Positions 1-10,123 are shown, counted from the stretch's first letter. The stretch is DNA of 64,000 nucleotides from an uncultured Bacillota bacterium (GCA_963804645.1 CAWDRG010000009.1:32001-96000); one strand, 5' to 3'. Notes: a model not told the origin generated them from the letters alone. Translations and numbers: made by a program.

Positions 1-370
1 CCACCAGCAGCAGCGGGTGCCGCGGCCGCGCCCCCGCGTCGTGAAACGCCGCCGCGACCTCCACCGCCGCGAGCACGCCGAGCGCCCCGTCGAAGATGCC
101 GCCGTTCGGGACGGTATCCAAGTGGGACCCCGACGCCACCGGGGGAAGCGTCCCGGCATCACCGGGGACCACGCCGAACAGATTGCCCCACGCGTCGACG
201 GCCGGCTCGGCGCCGGCCTCACGCATCCACCGGGCGGCGAGCCGCACCGCGGCCGCGTGCTCCGGGCTGTACGAGAACCGGCTGACACCGCCGTCCGCAG
301 TCCGGCCGATGGCCGCCAGCTCCTCGAGCCGGGCCCTCAGCCGCTCGCCGTTGATCCGCGCAGACGCCAC
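1..370 (-). CDS. M20-family Zn-dependent amidohydrolase (allantoate amidohydrolase / N-carbamoyl-L-amino-acid hydrolase-like), 3' part outside window
   Basis: Manual translation from GTG at 370 (GGAGG RBS upstream): VASARINGERLRARLEELAAIG...VSRFSYS...DAWGNLFG...SGSHLDTVPNGGIFDGALGV, the AAH/HyuC signature. Not in the ORF track because it runs off the window. Confidence 0.85.
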   Translation of the reverse strand, partial: MASARINGERLRARLEELAAIGRTADGGVSRFSYSPEHAAAVRLAARWMREAGAEPAVDAWGNLFGVVPGDAGTLPPVASGSHLDTVPNGGIFDGALGVLAAVEVAAAFHDAGARPRHPLLLV

Positions 371-484
371 CCGCGTGCCTCCGGCGCCGCCCCAGCACTC
401 GCGGCGACGCGCTCACTCAAATGATAGCGACGAAGCGGCACCTGAGACAAGGGGGGAGCCGCATCACGGGGGGCGCCGGAGACG

Positions 485-1375
485 TCAGCGCGTCCGGGGG
501 TCCCAGATCTCCCGCAGGCCGTCGCCCGCGACATTCACGGCGAACACCGTCAGCGCGATCGCCGCGCCGGGCCACAGGGCGAGCCAGGGCGCCTGCGTCA
601 GGTACTGCTGGGCCCCGTTCAGCATCGAGCCCCAGGACGGCGTCGGCGGCTGCGTGCCGAGCCCGAGAAAGCTCAGCGTCGCCTCGGTGATGATCGCCCC
701 GGCGATGTTGAGCGAGCCCTGGACTACGATCGGCGCCATGCTGTTCGGCAGCAGGTGCCGCCAGATGATCCGCCGGTCCCACGCCCCGAGTGCGCGCACC
801 GCCTCGATGTACTCGCGCGCGCGCTGCTGCAGGACCTGCGCGCGGGTGATGCGCATGAACACCGGCGTGAGCACGACTGCGATCGCGATCATCGCCTTCG
901 CGAGCCCCGGCCCGAGGACCGCCGCAACCGCGAGCGCGAGGATCAGCGGCGGAAACGCGAGCATCGCGTCGGTGAACCGCATCAGCACGTCCCCGATGAA
1001 TCCGCGGTAGTAGCCCGCCGCCAGCCCGAGCGGCAGTCCCACGGCGATCGCGAGCCCGACCGAGATCACCCCCGCCTCCAGCGACGCGCGGGTCCCGTAG
1101 ATGAGGCGGCTCAGCACGTCCCGTCCGAGCTCGTCGGTCCCGAGCACGTGGGCGCCGCCCGGCGGCCGCAGATACGCCGCGAAATCGGTTTTGATCGGCG
1201 AGTACGGGGCGAGCCACGGCGCGAACACCGCGGTCAGCACGATCGCGACGAACACGATCAGGCCGATCGTGGCGAGGCGGTTCTGCGCGTACCGGCGCAG
1301 CAGGTACCCGAGGCCGCGGTGCGAGACTCGCGCCGCGTCCCCACCCCCGACCGCGCCCCGGATCGCCAGGCTCAC
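485..1375 (-). CDS. Peptide/nickel ABC transporter permease (DppC/OppC-like)
   Basis: HVLGTDELGRDVLSRLIYG and EAA loop (EYIEAVRALGA); GTG start overlaps upstream stop (GTGA). Confidence 0.9.
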   Translation of the reverse strand: MSLAIRGAVGGGDAARVSHRGLGYLLRRYAQNRLATIGLIVFVAIVLTAVFAPWLAPYSPIKTDFAAYLRPPGGAHVLGTDELGRDVLSRLIYGTRASLEAGVISVGLAIAVGLPLGLAAGYYRGFIGDVLMRFTDAMLAFPPLILALAVAAVLGPGLAKAMIAIAVVLTPVFMRITRAQVLQQRAREYIEAVRALGAWDRRIIWRHLLPNSMAPIVVQGSLNIAGAIITEATLSFLGLGTQPPTPSWGSMLNGAQQYLTQAPWLALWPGAAIALTVFAVNVAGDGLREIWDPRTR

Positions 1376-2328
1376 GACAGCTCCTCCGACAGCTTGATGC
1401 GGGGGTCGATGAGCGAATACACGATGTCCACGAGGAGATTGACCAGGAGAATCGACAGCGCGCTGAACATCACGACGCCCTCGAGCATCGGCGAATCGCG
1501 GTTGTAAATGGAGTTGACCGCGAGCTGGCCCAGGCCCGGGACCGCGAAGATCGTCTCGGTGATCACCGCCCCCCCGAGCAGCGTCCCCATCTGGATTCCC
1601 ATGACCGTGATCACCGGGATGACCGCGTTGCGCAGGGTGTGCCGGATCAGGACGACCCGCCCGCCCAGCCCCTTCGCCTTCGCGGTGCGCACGAAATCGG
1701 CGCTCAGCACTTCGATCATGCTGCTGCGCAGCTGGCGCATCACCACCGCCGCCAGCACGAGCCCAAGGACGCACGCGGGCATCACCATTGCGCGGAGGTT
1801 GCGGGATACGTCCTCGGTGAGCGGGACCCAGCCCGACGCCGGCAGCCAGTGCAGATGCACCGCGAACAGGTAGATCGCCATGATCCCGAGCCAGAAGTTG
1901 GGAACGCTCAGACCGATGAGGGCCGCCGCGGACGCGCCGTAGTCGGTGAGGGTGCGCTGGCGCCACGCCGCCACGATGCCCGCCGGAATCGCGATCAGCC
2001 ACGCGATGCAGAGCGCGAGCACGGTCAGCTCGGCGGTCACCGGAATCTTCTGGAGCAGCGTCGGGAGCACCGGCGTGTTGTCCTTGAACGACTTGCCGAA
2101 GTTGCCCTCCACCATCCCGCCGATCCAGCGCGCGTACTGCACCGGGAGCGGCCGGTCCGTGCCGAGTACGTGCCGCAGCGTGGCCAGGGCCTCCGGCGTC
2201 GCCTCCTCGCCGAGGAGCACCCGCGCGGGATCGCCGGGGATCACGTTGATGAGCACGAAGATGATGAGGCTGACAAAGAACAGCACCGGGATCATCTGGA
2301 GGAGGCGGCGGGCGAGGAAACGCAGCAC
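1372..2328 (-). CDS. Peptide/nickel ABC transporter permease (DppB/OppB-like)
   Basis: PGDPA, DRPLPVQY, DFVRTAKAKGL, ITETIFAVPGLG motifs. Confidence 0.92.
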   Translation of the reverse strand: MLRFLARRLLQMIPVLFFVSLIIFVLINVIPGDPARVLLGEEATPEALATLRHVLGTDRPLPVQYARWIGGMVEGNFGKSFKDNTPVLPTLLQKIPVTAELTVLALCIAWLIAIPAGIVAAWRQRTLTDYGASAAALIGLSVPNFWLGIMAIYLFAVHLHWLPASGWVPLTEDVSRNLRAMVMPACVLGLVLAAVVMRQLRSSMIEVLSADFVRTAKAKGLGGRVVLIRHTLRNAVIPVITVMGIQMGTLLGGAVITETIFAVPGLGQLAVNSIYNRDSPMLEGVVMFSALSILLVNLLVDIVYSLIDPRIKLSEELS

Positions 2329-2344
2329 GGGGCGGGGTCGTCGA

Positions 2345-2373
2345 CGGCCGGGCGGGATCGTCCCGCCCGGCCG
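2345..2373 (-). other. Intergenic GC-rich stem-loop after the SBP gene (mRNA stabiliser or partial terminator)
   Basis: CGGCCGGGCGGGA-TCG-TCCCGCCCGGCCG, perfect 13-bp stem between the SBP stop and the permease start. Confidence 0.5.
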
Positions 2374-2380
2374 CCTTCCC

Positions 2381-3967
2381 TCAGGCCAGCGAGACCGCTT
2401 GGAAGCGCATCATGCCGTCCGGCACCTGCACGAACCCACGCACCTTGGTCGACACCAGCTTGTACTCCTTGGGGAAGTACGTCCACGCGTACGGCATGTC
2501 GTCCGCGAGAATCTTGGTGACCTGGCTGTACGCCCGCACCCGCTGGTCCATGTTTTGGAGGACGCGCGCCGCGTCGAGCAGCGTCTGGACCTGATCGTTC
2601 ACGTACCCCGCGTAATTGAAGTCCGGGATGCCGGACTTGGTGACGAAGGGATAAATGTCGGCGTCCGGGTCGGGGCGCCCGCTCCACCCCACGGCGCCCG
2701 CCTGGTAGTTCCCCTTGCTGAACGCGTCGAGCATCGTCCCGAACTCCACGATCTGGATGTTCATCTTGATCCCGGCCTGCTGGACCATCGCCTGGGTCGC
2801 CTGCGCGAGCGACGCCGCGACCTGCCCCGGGACGGTGGTGTAGGTGCACTCGAACCCGTTCGGTTGGCCGCCGGCCGCGAGCCGCTCCTTGACCATCGGG
2901 AGGTTCTGCGCCGGGACCTTCCACGTCGGATCGTACGCCGGGGTCCCGTTGGGGAAGAACGAGTAGGCCGGGTACGCGGTCCCCTGGAGGATCTGGTTCG
3001 CGAGCGCGTACCGGTCGATGGCCGCGCTGAACGCCTGGCGCAGCGCCTTGTTGTTGAACGGCGGCTTGGTCATGTTGAGCCAGATCCCCTGGGACTGGAA
3101 CGCGCCGTGCTCCAAGAGGCGGAACGCCGCGCCGGGCGCCTTGGAGTCCACCGTCAGCTGCGGGATCTGCGGGGCGGGGACGATGTTAATGATGTCGAGG
3201 TCTCCCGACCTCAAGTTTGCAACCCGCGCGTTGTCGTCGGGGAACGACCGGAAGATGACCCCACCGAGATGCGGCAGGCCTTTCTGCCAGTAGTTGGCGT
3301 TCCGCGTCAGCGTGACGTGGTCTTGCGGCACCTTCTCGACGAACGAGAACGCGCCCGTCCCCACCGGATGCAGGGCAAAGTCCAGGACCAACTTCTGCGC
3401 CGCGGTCGGCGACACCATCATCCCGGCGCGGTCGGTCAGGACGTACATCAGCGGGCTGTACGGGCGATCGAGCTTGATCTGGATCGTGTAGGCGTCGGTC
3501 GCGGTCACGGACGTGATCGGTCCGATCTCCGAGCGCCTGGCGGACGGGAACTTCGGGTCCGCCATGCGGGTGAAGTTGTACACGGCCGCCTGGGCGTTGA
3601 ACGGGGTGCCGTCGTGGAACTGGACGCCCTGCTGCAGCTTCAGCGTGTACACCGTCCCATCGGACGAGATCGACCACGACGTCGCCAGCATCGGCACGAT
3701 CTTGAGGTTCGCGTCCAGGTCGACCAGCTTGTCGAAGAGGCTCTGGAACACTTGGCGGTCCACCGCGGCGGTGGACCGGTGCGGATCCAGGTTCGGCGGG
3801 TCGGAGTCGAGGCCGGCCCGCAGCACGCGGCCGGTCTGCGCGGAGGCCCCCGGCACCAAGTCGGAGGCGCCCCACAGGCCCGCAGCCGCGGCGCCGGCGG
3901 CGCCGTACCGCAGCAGATCCCGCCTCGTCAACCGATCCCGTTTCGTTCGCTCGCCTTGCGATGCCAC
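2381..3967 (-). CDS. Peptide ABC transporter substrate-binding protein (family 5), Tat-exported
   Basis: TRRDLL twin-arginine signal; LDP, LATSW, FHDGTPFNA, PVGTGAF motifs. Confidence 0.92.
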   Translation of the reverse strand: MASQGERTKRDRLTRRDLLRYGAAGAAAAGLWGASDLVPGASAQTGRVLRAGLDSDPPNLDPHRSTAAVDRQVFQSLFDKLVDLDANLKIVPMLATSWSISSDGTVYTLKLQQGVQFHDGTPFNAQAAVYNFTRMADPKFPSARRSEIGPITSVTATDAYTIQIKLDRPYSPLMYVLTDRAGMMVSPTAAQKLVLDFALHPVGTGAFSFVEKVPQDHVTLTRNANYWQKGLPHLGGVIFRSFPDDNARVANLRSGDLDIINIVPAPQIPQLTVDSKAPGAAFRLLEHGAFQSQGIWLNMTKPPFNNKALRQAFSAAIDRYALANQILQGTAYPAYSFFPNGTPAYDPTWKVPAQNLPMVKERLAAGGQPNGFECTYTTVPGQVAASLAQATQAMVQQAGIKMNIQIVEFGTMLDAFSKGNYQAGAVGWSGRPDPDADIYPFVTKSGIPDFNYAGYVNDQVQTLLDAARVLQNMDQRVRAYSQVTKILADDMPYAWTYFPKEYKLVSTKVRGFVQVPDGMMRFQAVSLA

Positions 3968-4062
3968 ACTCCCACCCCCTCGCGATGCGATCGCGTTCCC
4001 CCGTATTCACGCCGTCCCGGGAAAATCCTCCAGCCCCCGCGGCGTCGTGTTCGTTACACGCA

Positions 4063-4899
4063 CTACGGCCCCGTCGCGCGAAAGTTCTGCCGGCAGAACT
4101 CGCGGGCCCGGGCCAGCCGCTCCGCCACGACGCGGTCGTTCCCGGCGCCGAGCGCCTCGGGGACGAGCTCAACCGTGATGACCCCGCCGAACTCCCGCCG
4201 GCTGAGCCGCTGAAGAAACGGTCCGAGCGGAAGCCGGCCGGCACCCGGGAGACAGTGCTGTGTGCCGTCGTAGTCTGACAGGTGGACGTGCGCGATGCGG
4301 TCCCCGAGCGCCTCGGACGCGGCCAGGAGATCGACGTCCCAGGTGCCGAGATGCGTCGTATCGAGCGCGACCGCCGGCACCTCCAGCAAATCTCGCACGC
4401 GGCCGAGTTCGAACAGGTTCACGGACCACGACCCGGCGACCTGGTGCCGGGGCATGTTCTCGACCGCGATCGTGACACCCGCGGCGGCCTGATACGCCGC
4501 CAGATCGGTCTCGAGCCAGCGCAGATAAGGCGATCGCTGCCTGAACGGCGTCAGGAACGACGCGTTCAGGAATGGGACCCGGCGGACGCTGATCCAGCGG
4601 TAGCGCACCGGGGGGTGCACGATGACGGTGCGGGCGCCGACCGCCTGTGCGAGGGCCACCGCCCCGCGCACCCGCTCGACCTCATCGCCCCACGGGGCCG
4701 AGCCGCCCCGCGAGGGGGCGTGGATGGCGAGGATGGGCAGCGAGACGTCGCGCGCCATCCGGGAGAGGTACGCGGGGTCGCGGGTGTCCCAGCGCTGGTC
4801 CACCATGATCTCGAGCCCGTCAAATCCCGCGTCCGCCGCGAACCGGGCGGTCCGCGCGGTCCCGTACGTGTAGAGCGAACCCGTGGACAGGGCGATCAT
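4063..4899 (-). CDS. Sugar phosphate isomerase/epimerase (xylose-isomerase-like TIM barrel)
   Basis: GFDGLE, IAVENMP, LDTTH, HVHLSD, HCLPGAG, ITVE metal-binding motifs. Confidence 0.85.
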   Translation of the reverse strand: MIALSTGSLYTYGTARTARFAADAGFDGLEIMVDQRWDTRDPAYLSRMARDVSLPILAIHAPSRGGSAPWGDEVERVRGAVALAQAVGARTVIVHPPVRYRWISVRRVPFLNASFLTPFRQRSPYLRWLETDLAAYQAAAGVTIAVENMPRHQVAGSWSVNLFELGRVRDLLEVPAVALDTTHLGTWDVDLLAASEALGDRIAHVHLSDYDGTQHCLPGAGRLPLGPFLQRLSRREFGGVITVELVPEALGAGNDRVVAERLARAREFCRQNFRATGP

Positions 4900-4986
4900 C
4901 GGGGCCGCGCGCCCGGGTGTCAGGACGCCCGGTGTCCCTCCGGGGGAACGAGCCGCCCGCCGTGAAGCATGGGGGGCCGCGTGACG

Positions 4987-5967
4987 CTAGGCCTCTCGCG
5001 CCGCGGCGATGGCCGCGCGAATGTTCGCCTCGGGCGTATCCACCGGCATGACGCAGCCCGTCGTCACGATGTGGCCGCGGCCCCCGGTGTCGGCGATCGC
5101 GCTCCGCACTTCTTGGGCCACGGCCTCCGGGCCGGCCTTGGCCAGCGTGTTCCACGCGTTGATCCCACACGCCAGGCACGTGGACACGCGCGCCCGGGCG
5201 TCGGCAATCGTCGGCGGGGTCTCCCGGGCATGCCAGTTGAGGATCTGGATCGGATAGTTGCTCACCAGATCGAACATCACGTGCTCGCCGTGGAGGTGCA
5301 GGAACACGAGACCCCCGTCCACCGCGTCCAGGATCCGCAGGTCGTAGGGACGCCCGAACTCTTCGTACTCCTCCTCGGTCAACAGCGAGGTCGTCGCCAT
5401 CTGGGTCGAGAAAAAGATGCCGTCGGCGCCCGCCGCCATGACCGCCCGCACGAACTCCGCGGTCGCATCCGCGATGATCTCGAGGCCGTTGTGCAGCGCC
5501 TCGGGATCCTCCCGCAGATACCGCACGGTCGCGTGCTCCCCGGCGAGCGTGCGCGCCACGCTGAGGGGGCTGAACACGGTTTCGAACACCGGCACCTCGC
5601 GGCCGACCGCCTCGGCGACGAGCCGGAGCGCATGCACCTCCCGCCCGTGCGCGCCCTGGCTCACGTCGAGGACCTTGAGCCGCTCCCAATCCGAGGGCTT
5701 CTTAATCGGCCGCTCGCCGTACGTGCGGACGCCCTCGCGGTTCGGCTTGTATCCCGCGCGCAGCCCCCAGTCGTCTCCGTAGTAGCCGCTCGCGGGGGTC
5801 ACCTTGAGCAGGTCCGGATCGTAGGCGCGGTAGAAGGCGATGTGCGCCTGCGCGAGCTTCTCGGCGCGCTGATCGTCCTCGGGAAAGTGGCGCCACAGCG
5901 CGACCGGCACGAGGTCCGGCCGTTCTCCCCGCACGGCGGCGTCGATCCGTTCACGGTGCGTCATCAT
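4987..5967 (-). CDS. Uroporphyrinogen decarboxylase / MtaA-CmuA superfamily protein (non-canonical)
   Basis: RERIDAAVRGERPDLVPV N-terminus, FSPLS, AGADGIFF, GHIVTTGC; lacks the HemE MRQAGRY motif. Confidence 0.75.
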   Translation of the reverse strand: MMTHRERIDAAVRGERPDLVPVALWRHFPEDDQRAEKLAQAHIAFYRAYDPDLLKVTPASGYYGDDWGLRAGYKPNREGVRTYGERPIKKPSDWERLKVLDVSQGAHGREVHALRLVAEAVGREVPVFETVFSPLSVARTLAGEHATVRYLREDPEALHNGLEIIADATAEFVRAVMAAGADGIFFSTQMATTSLLTEEEYEEFGRPYDLRILDAVDGGLVFLHLHGEHVMFDLVSNYPIQILNWHARETPPTIADARARVSTCLACGINAWNTLAKAGPEAVAQEVRSAIADTGGRGHIVTTGCVMPVDTPEANIRAAIAAAREA

Positions 5968-7019
5968 TCAGCCTCCTTTTGGTCCTCGCCGCGGAGCATC
6001 GCGGCGACGGCCTGGACGCGCGCGGCATCGGCGTAGATCTCGTGCAGGGTCTCCAGGGTGATGTTGCCGCCGCTCAGGACGAGCACGACGGTCTTCCCCC
6101 GCAACTGCCCGCCGAGACGCAGCGCGGCCGCGGTGCTGGCCGCGCCCGCACCTTCCGCGGTCTGCCGCACCACTTCCGCCAGCATCAGGATCGCGCGCCG
6201 GATTTCCTCGTCGGTCACCAGCACGATCTCGTCAAGAGCACGGCGCAGGATCGTCATCGGCAGGGCAAACGGCACGCGGGTGGCGATGCCCTCGGCGAAC
6301 GTCGCCATGCGCTCCAGGCTCACCATCCGGCCCTCGCGCAGCGAGCGCTCGACCGGATTCGCCCCCTCGGCCTGGACCCCGATCACACGTGCGCGCGGGC
6401 TCAGCGCCTTCGCCACGATGCAGTGACCGCACGCGCCGCTGCCGGCGCCGATCGGCACGATGATCACGTCCACCTCGGGCAGGTCCTCGAGCACCTCGAG
6501 GCTGGCCGTGCCGACCCCGGCGATCAGGAGCGGCTCGTTGGCCGAGTGCACGTACCGAAGTCCTTCCGTCCGGGCCGTCCGCTCGGCCCACACGCGCGCC
6601 TCGTCGAAATCCCGCCCTTCGAGCACCACCTCCGCGCCGAGCGCGCGCATGGCGGCGACCTTCAGCGGATTGTTGCCCCGCGGCGCGACGATCGTCGCGC
6701 GCACGCCGAACGCCCGGGCCGCGTACGCGATCGACTGGCCGTGGTTACCCGTGCTCGCGGTGATCACCCCGCGGCGCCGCTCGTCCGCCGACAGCCCGTG
6801 GACGAGATTCAGGCCCCCGCGGATCTTAAACGCCCCGGTCGGCAGCACATTCTCGCATTTGACGTACACCCGCGCGCCGAGCACCCGGTCGAGCGCGGGC
6901 GCGTGCACGAGGGGCGTGCGCGGCAGGTGGGCGGCGATCACGCGCCGGGCCGTGAGGACGTCGTGAACCGTCGGCAGCGGTCCGGCCCAGGCCTCGTCGA
7001 GCCCCATCGATGTACTCAT
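5964..7019 (-). CDS. PLP-dependent threonine/serine dehydratase (no ACT domain)
   Basis: KCENVLPTGAFKIRG (PLP Lys), STGNHG, VPIGAGSG, LSGGN. Confidence 0.88.
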   Translation of the reverse strand: MSTSMGLDEAWAGPLPTVHDVLTARRVIAAHLPRTPLVHAPALDRVLGARVYVKCENVLPTGAFKIRGGLNLVHGLSADERRRGVITASTGNHGQSIAYAARAFGVRATIVAPRGNNPLKVAAMRALGAEVVLEGRDFDEARVWAERTARTEGLRYVHSANEPLLIAGVGTASLEVLEDLPEVDVIIVPIGAGSGACGHCIVAKALSPRARVIGVQAEGANPVERSLREGRMVSLERMATFAEGIATRVPFALPMTILRRALDEIVLVTDEEIRRAILMLAEVVRQTAEGAGAASTAAALRLGGQLRGKTVVLVLSGGNITLETLHEIYADAARVQAVAAMLRGEDQKEAE

Positions 7020-7068
7020 GCGGCGCGTCTGCCTGGTTTCGGCGTGCGCGTCCCGGTCTCCCGCACGG

Positions 7069-8343
7069 TCAGCCGCCCCCGGGCAGGAACTGTGAGACGA
7101 CGAGGGCGAGCGTGAGCGCGATCATCACGATCGTCGCGGTCCACGCGATGATGTTGAACGTGCGGGAGTTCGTGTAGGCGCCCATCAGCTTCTTCTGGTT
7201 CACGAGCAGCAGCATAAAGACGAGGATGAACGGCAGCAGAATGCCGTTGGCGACCTGCGACAGAAACAGGATCTGCAGGAGCGGGGCCCTGGGCAGCAGC
7301 ACGACCGCGCACGCGATCACGATCAGCCCGATGTAGAGCCCGTAGAACACCGGCGCCTGGCGGATGCTCCGGTCGATTCCCGCCTCGTACCCGAGCGCCT
7401 CGCAGACGTAGTGCGAGGTGGCGAGCGGGAGTACCGAAGCCGAGAACAGCGAGGCGTTGATCAGCCCGAGCGCGAACAGCGCCGACGCGTACACCCCGGC
7501 CAGCGGCCGCAGGGCCAGCGCGGCGTCCTGGACCGTCTCCACGTGGATGTGGTGGGCGAAGATCGTCGCGCCGCATGCCACGATGATGAACCACGCGACG
7601 ACGTCGGTCATGATCGACCCGATGAGCACGTCGGTCCGGGTGTAGCCGTACTCGCGCGTCGTAATCCCCTTTTCCACCACGGCCGACTGCAGGTAGAACT
7701 GCATCCACGGCGCGATGGTTGTCCCGATCACGCCCACGAACATCAGGAGGTAGGCGGACTGGAAGCTGAAGCTCGGTGTCACCGTCGCGCGCAGCACCTC
7801 ACCCCAGTTCGGATGCGCGAGGACGCCGGACACGATGTACGCGATGTAGAATGCGCTCGCGATGAGAAACACCTTCTCGACCGACCGAAACGTGCCTTTG
7901 ACGACCAGCAGCCACACGGCGAGCGCCCCGATCGGGACGAGGATGTACTTCGAGACGCCGAAGATCTCGCCCCCGGCCGCGAGCCCCGAGAACTCCGCCA
8001 TCGTGTTCCCCAGGTCGGCGAGCAGCAGGCCGAGCATCGCCCACGCCATCGCGCGTACGCCGAACCGCTCGCGGATCAGGTCGGCCAGGCCGTTGCCGGT
8101 GACGGCCCCTAACCGCGAGGCCATCTCCTGGATCACGTACAGCGCGATGGTGATCGGAATCATCGTCCACAGCAGCGTGTAGCCGAAGCCGGCGCCCGCG
8201 AGCGAATAGGTGGTGATCCCGCCGGCGTCGTTGTCCACGTTCTGCGTGACGATGCCCGGCCCCATCACCGCGAGAAAGATCATCAGGCGGCTCATGGCGG
8301 CGCCGCGCGTCGCGCGCCGCAGGACCGGCAGCGTGAGCTTCAT
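7069..8343 (-). CDS. NRAMP-related (NrmT-type) divalent metal / Mg2+ transporter
   Basis: MGPGIV..NVDNDAGGITTYS (TM1), QEMASRLG, GTTIAPWMQF (TM6); ATG overlaps upstream stop. Confidence 0.85.
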   Translation of the reverse strand: MKLTLPVLRRATRGAAMSRLMIFLAVMGPGIVTQNVDNDAGGITTYSLAGAGFGYTLLWTMIPITIALYVIQEMASRLGAVTGNGLADLIRERFGVRAMAWAMLGLLLADLGNTMAEFSGLAAGGEIFGVSKYILVPIGALAVWLLVVKGTFRSVEKVFLIASAFYIAYIVSGVLAHPNWGEVLRATVTPSFSFQSAYLLMFVGVIGTTIAPWMQFYLQSAVVEKGITTREYGYTRTDVLIGSIMTDVVAWFIIVACGATIFAHHIHVETVQDAALALRPLAGVYASALFALGLINASLFSASVLPLATSHYVCEALGYEAGIDRSIRQAPVFYGLYIGLIVIACAVVLLPRAPLLQILFLSQVANGILLPFILVFMLLLVNQKKLMGAYTNSRTFNIIAWTATIVMIALTLALVVSQFLPGGG

Positions 8344-9641
8344 CCGCGCCCCGGCGTGCCCCGGGCCTCCCGCCGGCGGAGCAGATCCACGGCGCCGCCG
8401 AGCTTCCGCGGGCCGTAGTGCTCCACCAGAATGTCGATCACCTGATCCACGGTGACGATCCCAGCCAGCCGCCCGTCGTCGTCCACCACCGGCACCGCGA
8501 GGAGATCGTACTTCACGAGGGCCGCCGCGACGTCGTCCGCGCTCGTGTCGAGGGGGACGGTCAGCACGTCCCGGCGCATCAGCGCGGCAACCGGCGTGCC
8601 GGGCTGGGCCACGATCAACCGGCGGATCGACAGCACGCCGACGAGGCGGCCGGCCTCGTCGACGACGTACAGATAGTAGATCGTCTCCTCGTCGGGCTGG
8701 GTCTCGCGGAGCCGCGCCAGCACCTGCTCGACCGTCATCGTCTCCGGAAGCGCGATGTACTCCGTGGTCATCTTGCCGGCGGCGGTCTCGGGCGGATACT
8801 GGAGGAGCCGGCTGACCTCCTCCGCCTTGTCGTCCTCCATCAGCGAGATGAGCTCCTCGGCCCGCTCCTCCGACAGTTCGCCGAGCGCGTCGGCCGCCTC
8901 GTCGGGCGCCATCTCGTCGAGGATGTCGGACGCCCGCTCGCTCGGCAGCTCCTGCAGGACCGCCGTCTGGATCTCCGGCTCCGCTTCCTCGAGCACATCC
9001 GCGGCCCGCTCGTCGGGCAGCGCGGTCATCATCTCGACCCGCTCGTCCCGGGCGAGCTCCTCGAGCAGGTCGGCGAGGTCGGCGGGGTGGATATCCTTCA
9101 GCTTCTCCCGCGAGATGCTGAGCTTGAGCGGCGTCATCGTGCCGCCGAGGACCGCGACCAGATTCCACGGAATGATGCGCGACGCCAGTGGACGCCCGAT
9201 CCCTGCGAGGGCGCGGACCACCAGGGGCTCGAGCCCCAGCCGGCGGAGGATCGCCTGCGTGCTGATGTCGGCGCCGGCGACCCGCACCTCCGTGCCGGCC
9301 TGCCGCAGCTCGATGTCGTTCACGCGCACGACCTTGATGTCGTCGGTATCCACGACCTGGCCGTCCAGGACGTCGTCGCGCAGGAGGATCTCCTCCGGCT
9401 GCAGCGGCCGCGGCGTCAGGAGGCGGCGCTCGACCCGGAGCCGGATACCGGAGGCGCCGAACTCGGCGACCTCGTCCCACGGGATGATCGCGACGCGGCT
9501 GCGGTCGCCTTTGAGGAGCACCCCGGTGATCCGCGGAAACCGCTCGGTCCCGTGGTAAATGACCAGATCCGCCACGGTGTCGAACGCCTCGCCGGCGGCG
9601 TCGGTCACAGGCTTCCCGATCACCTGACTGAGGTACAGCAT
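8340..9641 (-). CDS. PRC-barrel + MgtE N-terminal + CBS-pair cytosolic protein (no TM domain)
   Basis: MLYLSQVIGKPV, DGQVVDTDDIKVVRVND, HPADLADLLEEL, YPPETAAGKMTTEY, YYLYVVD, KYDLLAVPVVD; ends after the CBS pair. Confidence 0.85.
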   Translation of the reverse strand: MLYLSQVIGKPVTDAAGEAFDTVADLVIYHGTERFPRITGVLLKGDRSRVAIIPWDEVAEFGASGIRLRVERRLLTPRPLQPEEILLRDDVLDGQVVDTDDIKVVRVNDIELRQAGTEVRVAGADISTQAILRRLGLEPLVVRALAGIGRPLASRIIPWNLVAVLGGTMTPLKLSISREKLKDIHPADLADLLEELARDERVEMMTALPDERAADVLEEAEPEIQTAVLQELPSERASDILDEMAPDEAADALGELSEERAEELISLMEDDKAEEVSRLLQYPPETAAGKMTTEYIALPETMTVEQVLARLRETQPDEETIYYLYVVDEAGRLVGVLSIRRLIVAQPGTPVAALMRRDVLTVPLDTSADDVAAALVKYDLLAVPVVDDDGRLAGIVTVDQVIDILVEHYGPRKLGGAVDLLRRREARGTPGRG

Positions 9642-10123
9642 CACCGGGCCCCCGCCGTCCATTTCATCCGGTACATGTACGTGGTGAACCCGTGGCGTTC
9701 CCAGAACCGAACGGCCTCGGGGTTGCGGACCGCGACCGTCAGCTCGATGAACGTGACCCGGCGCTGGCGGAACCACGCGAGCAGCGCCTCCACCACCCGC
9801 CCGCCGATCTGCTCGCGGCGCCGCTCCGGCACGGTGAACACATCCTGGATCCATCCCCGGCGCGGCTCACGAAATGGGAGCGGCAGCACATGGATGCGCC
9901 CGAGCGCGTAGCCGATCGCGCGGTCGCCGTCGAGGCCCAGCATCACGCAGGCGTTGGGATCTCCGATCGTGTCCCGCAGAAACGACGCGTACTCGCGGAC
10001 CGCGTTCCGCTCGACCGACAGGGCGGGATCGAGCGCCCCGTGGTGCTCGGCGAGCGCCTCCCACAGGGGCAGAATCCGCGGAATGTCGCGCGCCGTCGCG
10101 GGCCTGACCTGGACATCGGACAT
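9641..10123 (-). CDS. GNAT family N-acetyltransferase
   Basis: VRPATARD, IQDVFTVPERRREQIG motif A, NPEAVRFWERHGF motif B. Confidence 0.85.
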   Translation of the reverse strand: MSDVQVRPATARDIPRILPLWEALAEHHGALDPALSVERNAVREYASFLRDTIGDPNACVMLGLDGDRAIGYALGRIHVLPLPFREPRRGWIQDVFTVPERRREQIGGRVVEALLAWFRQRRVTFIELTVAVRNPEAVRFWERHGFTTYMYRMKWTAGAR

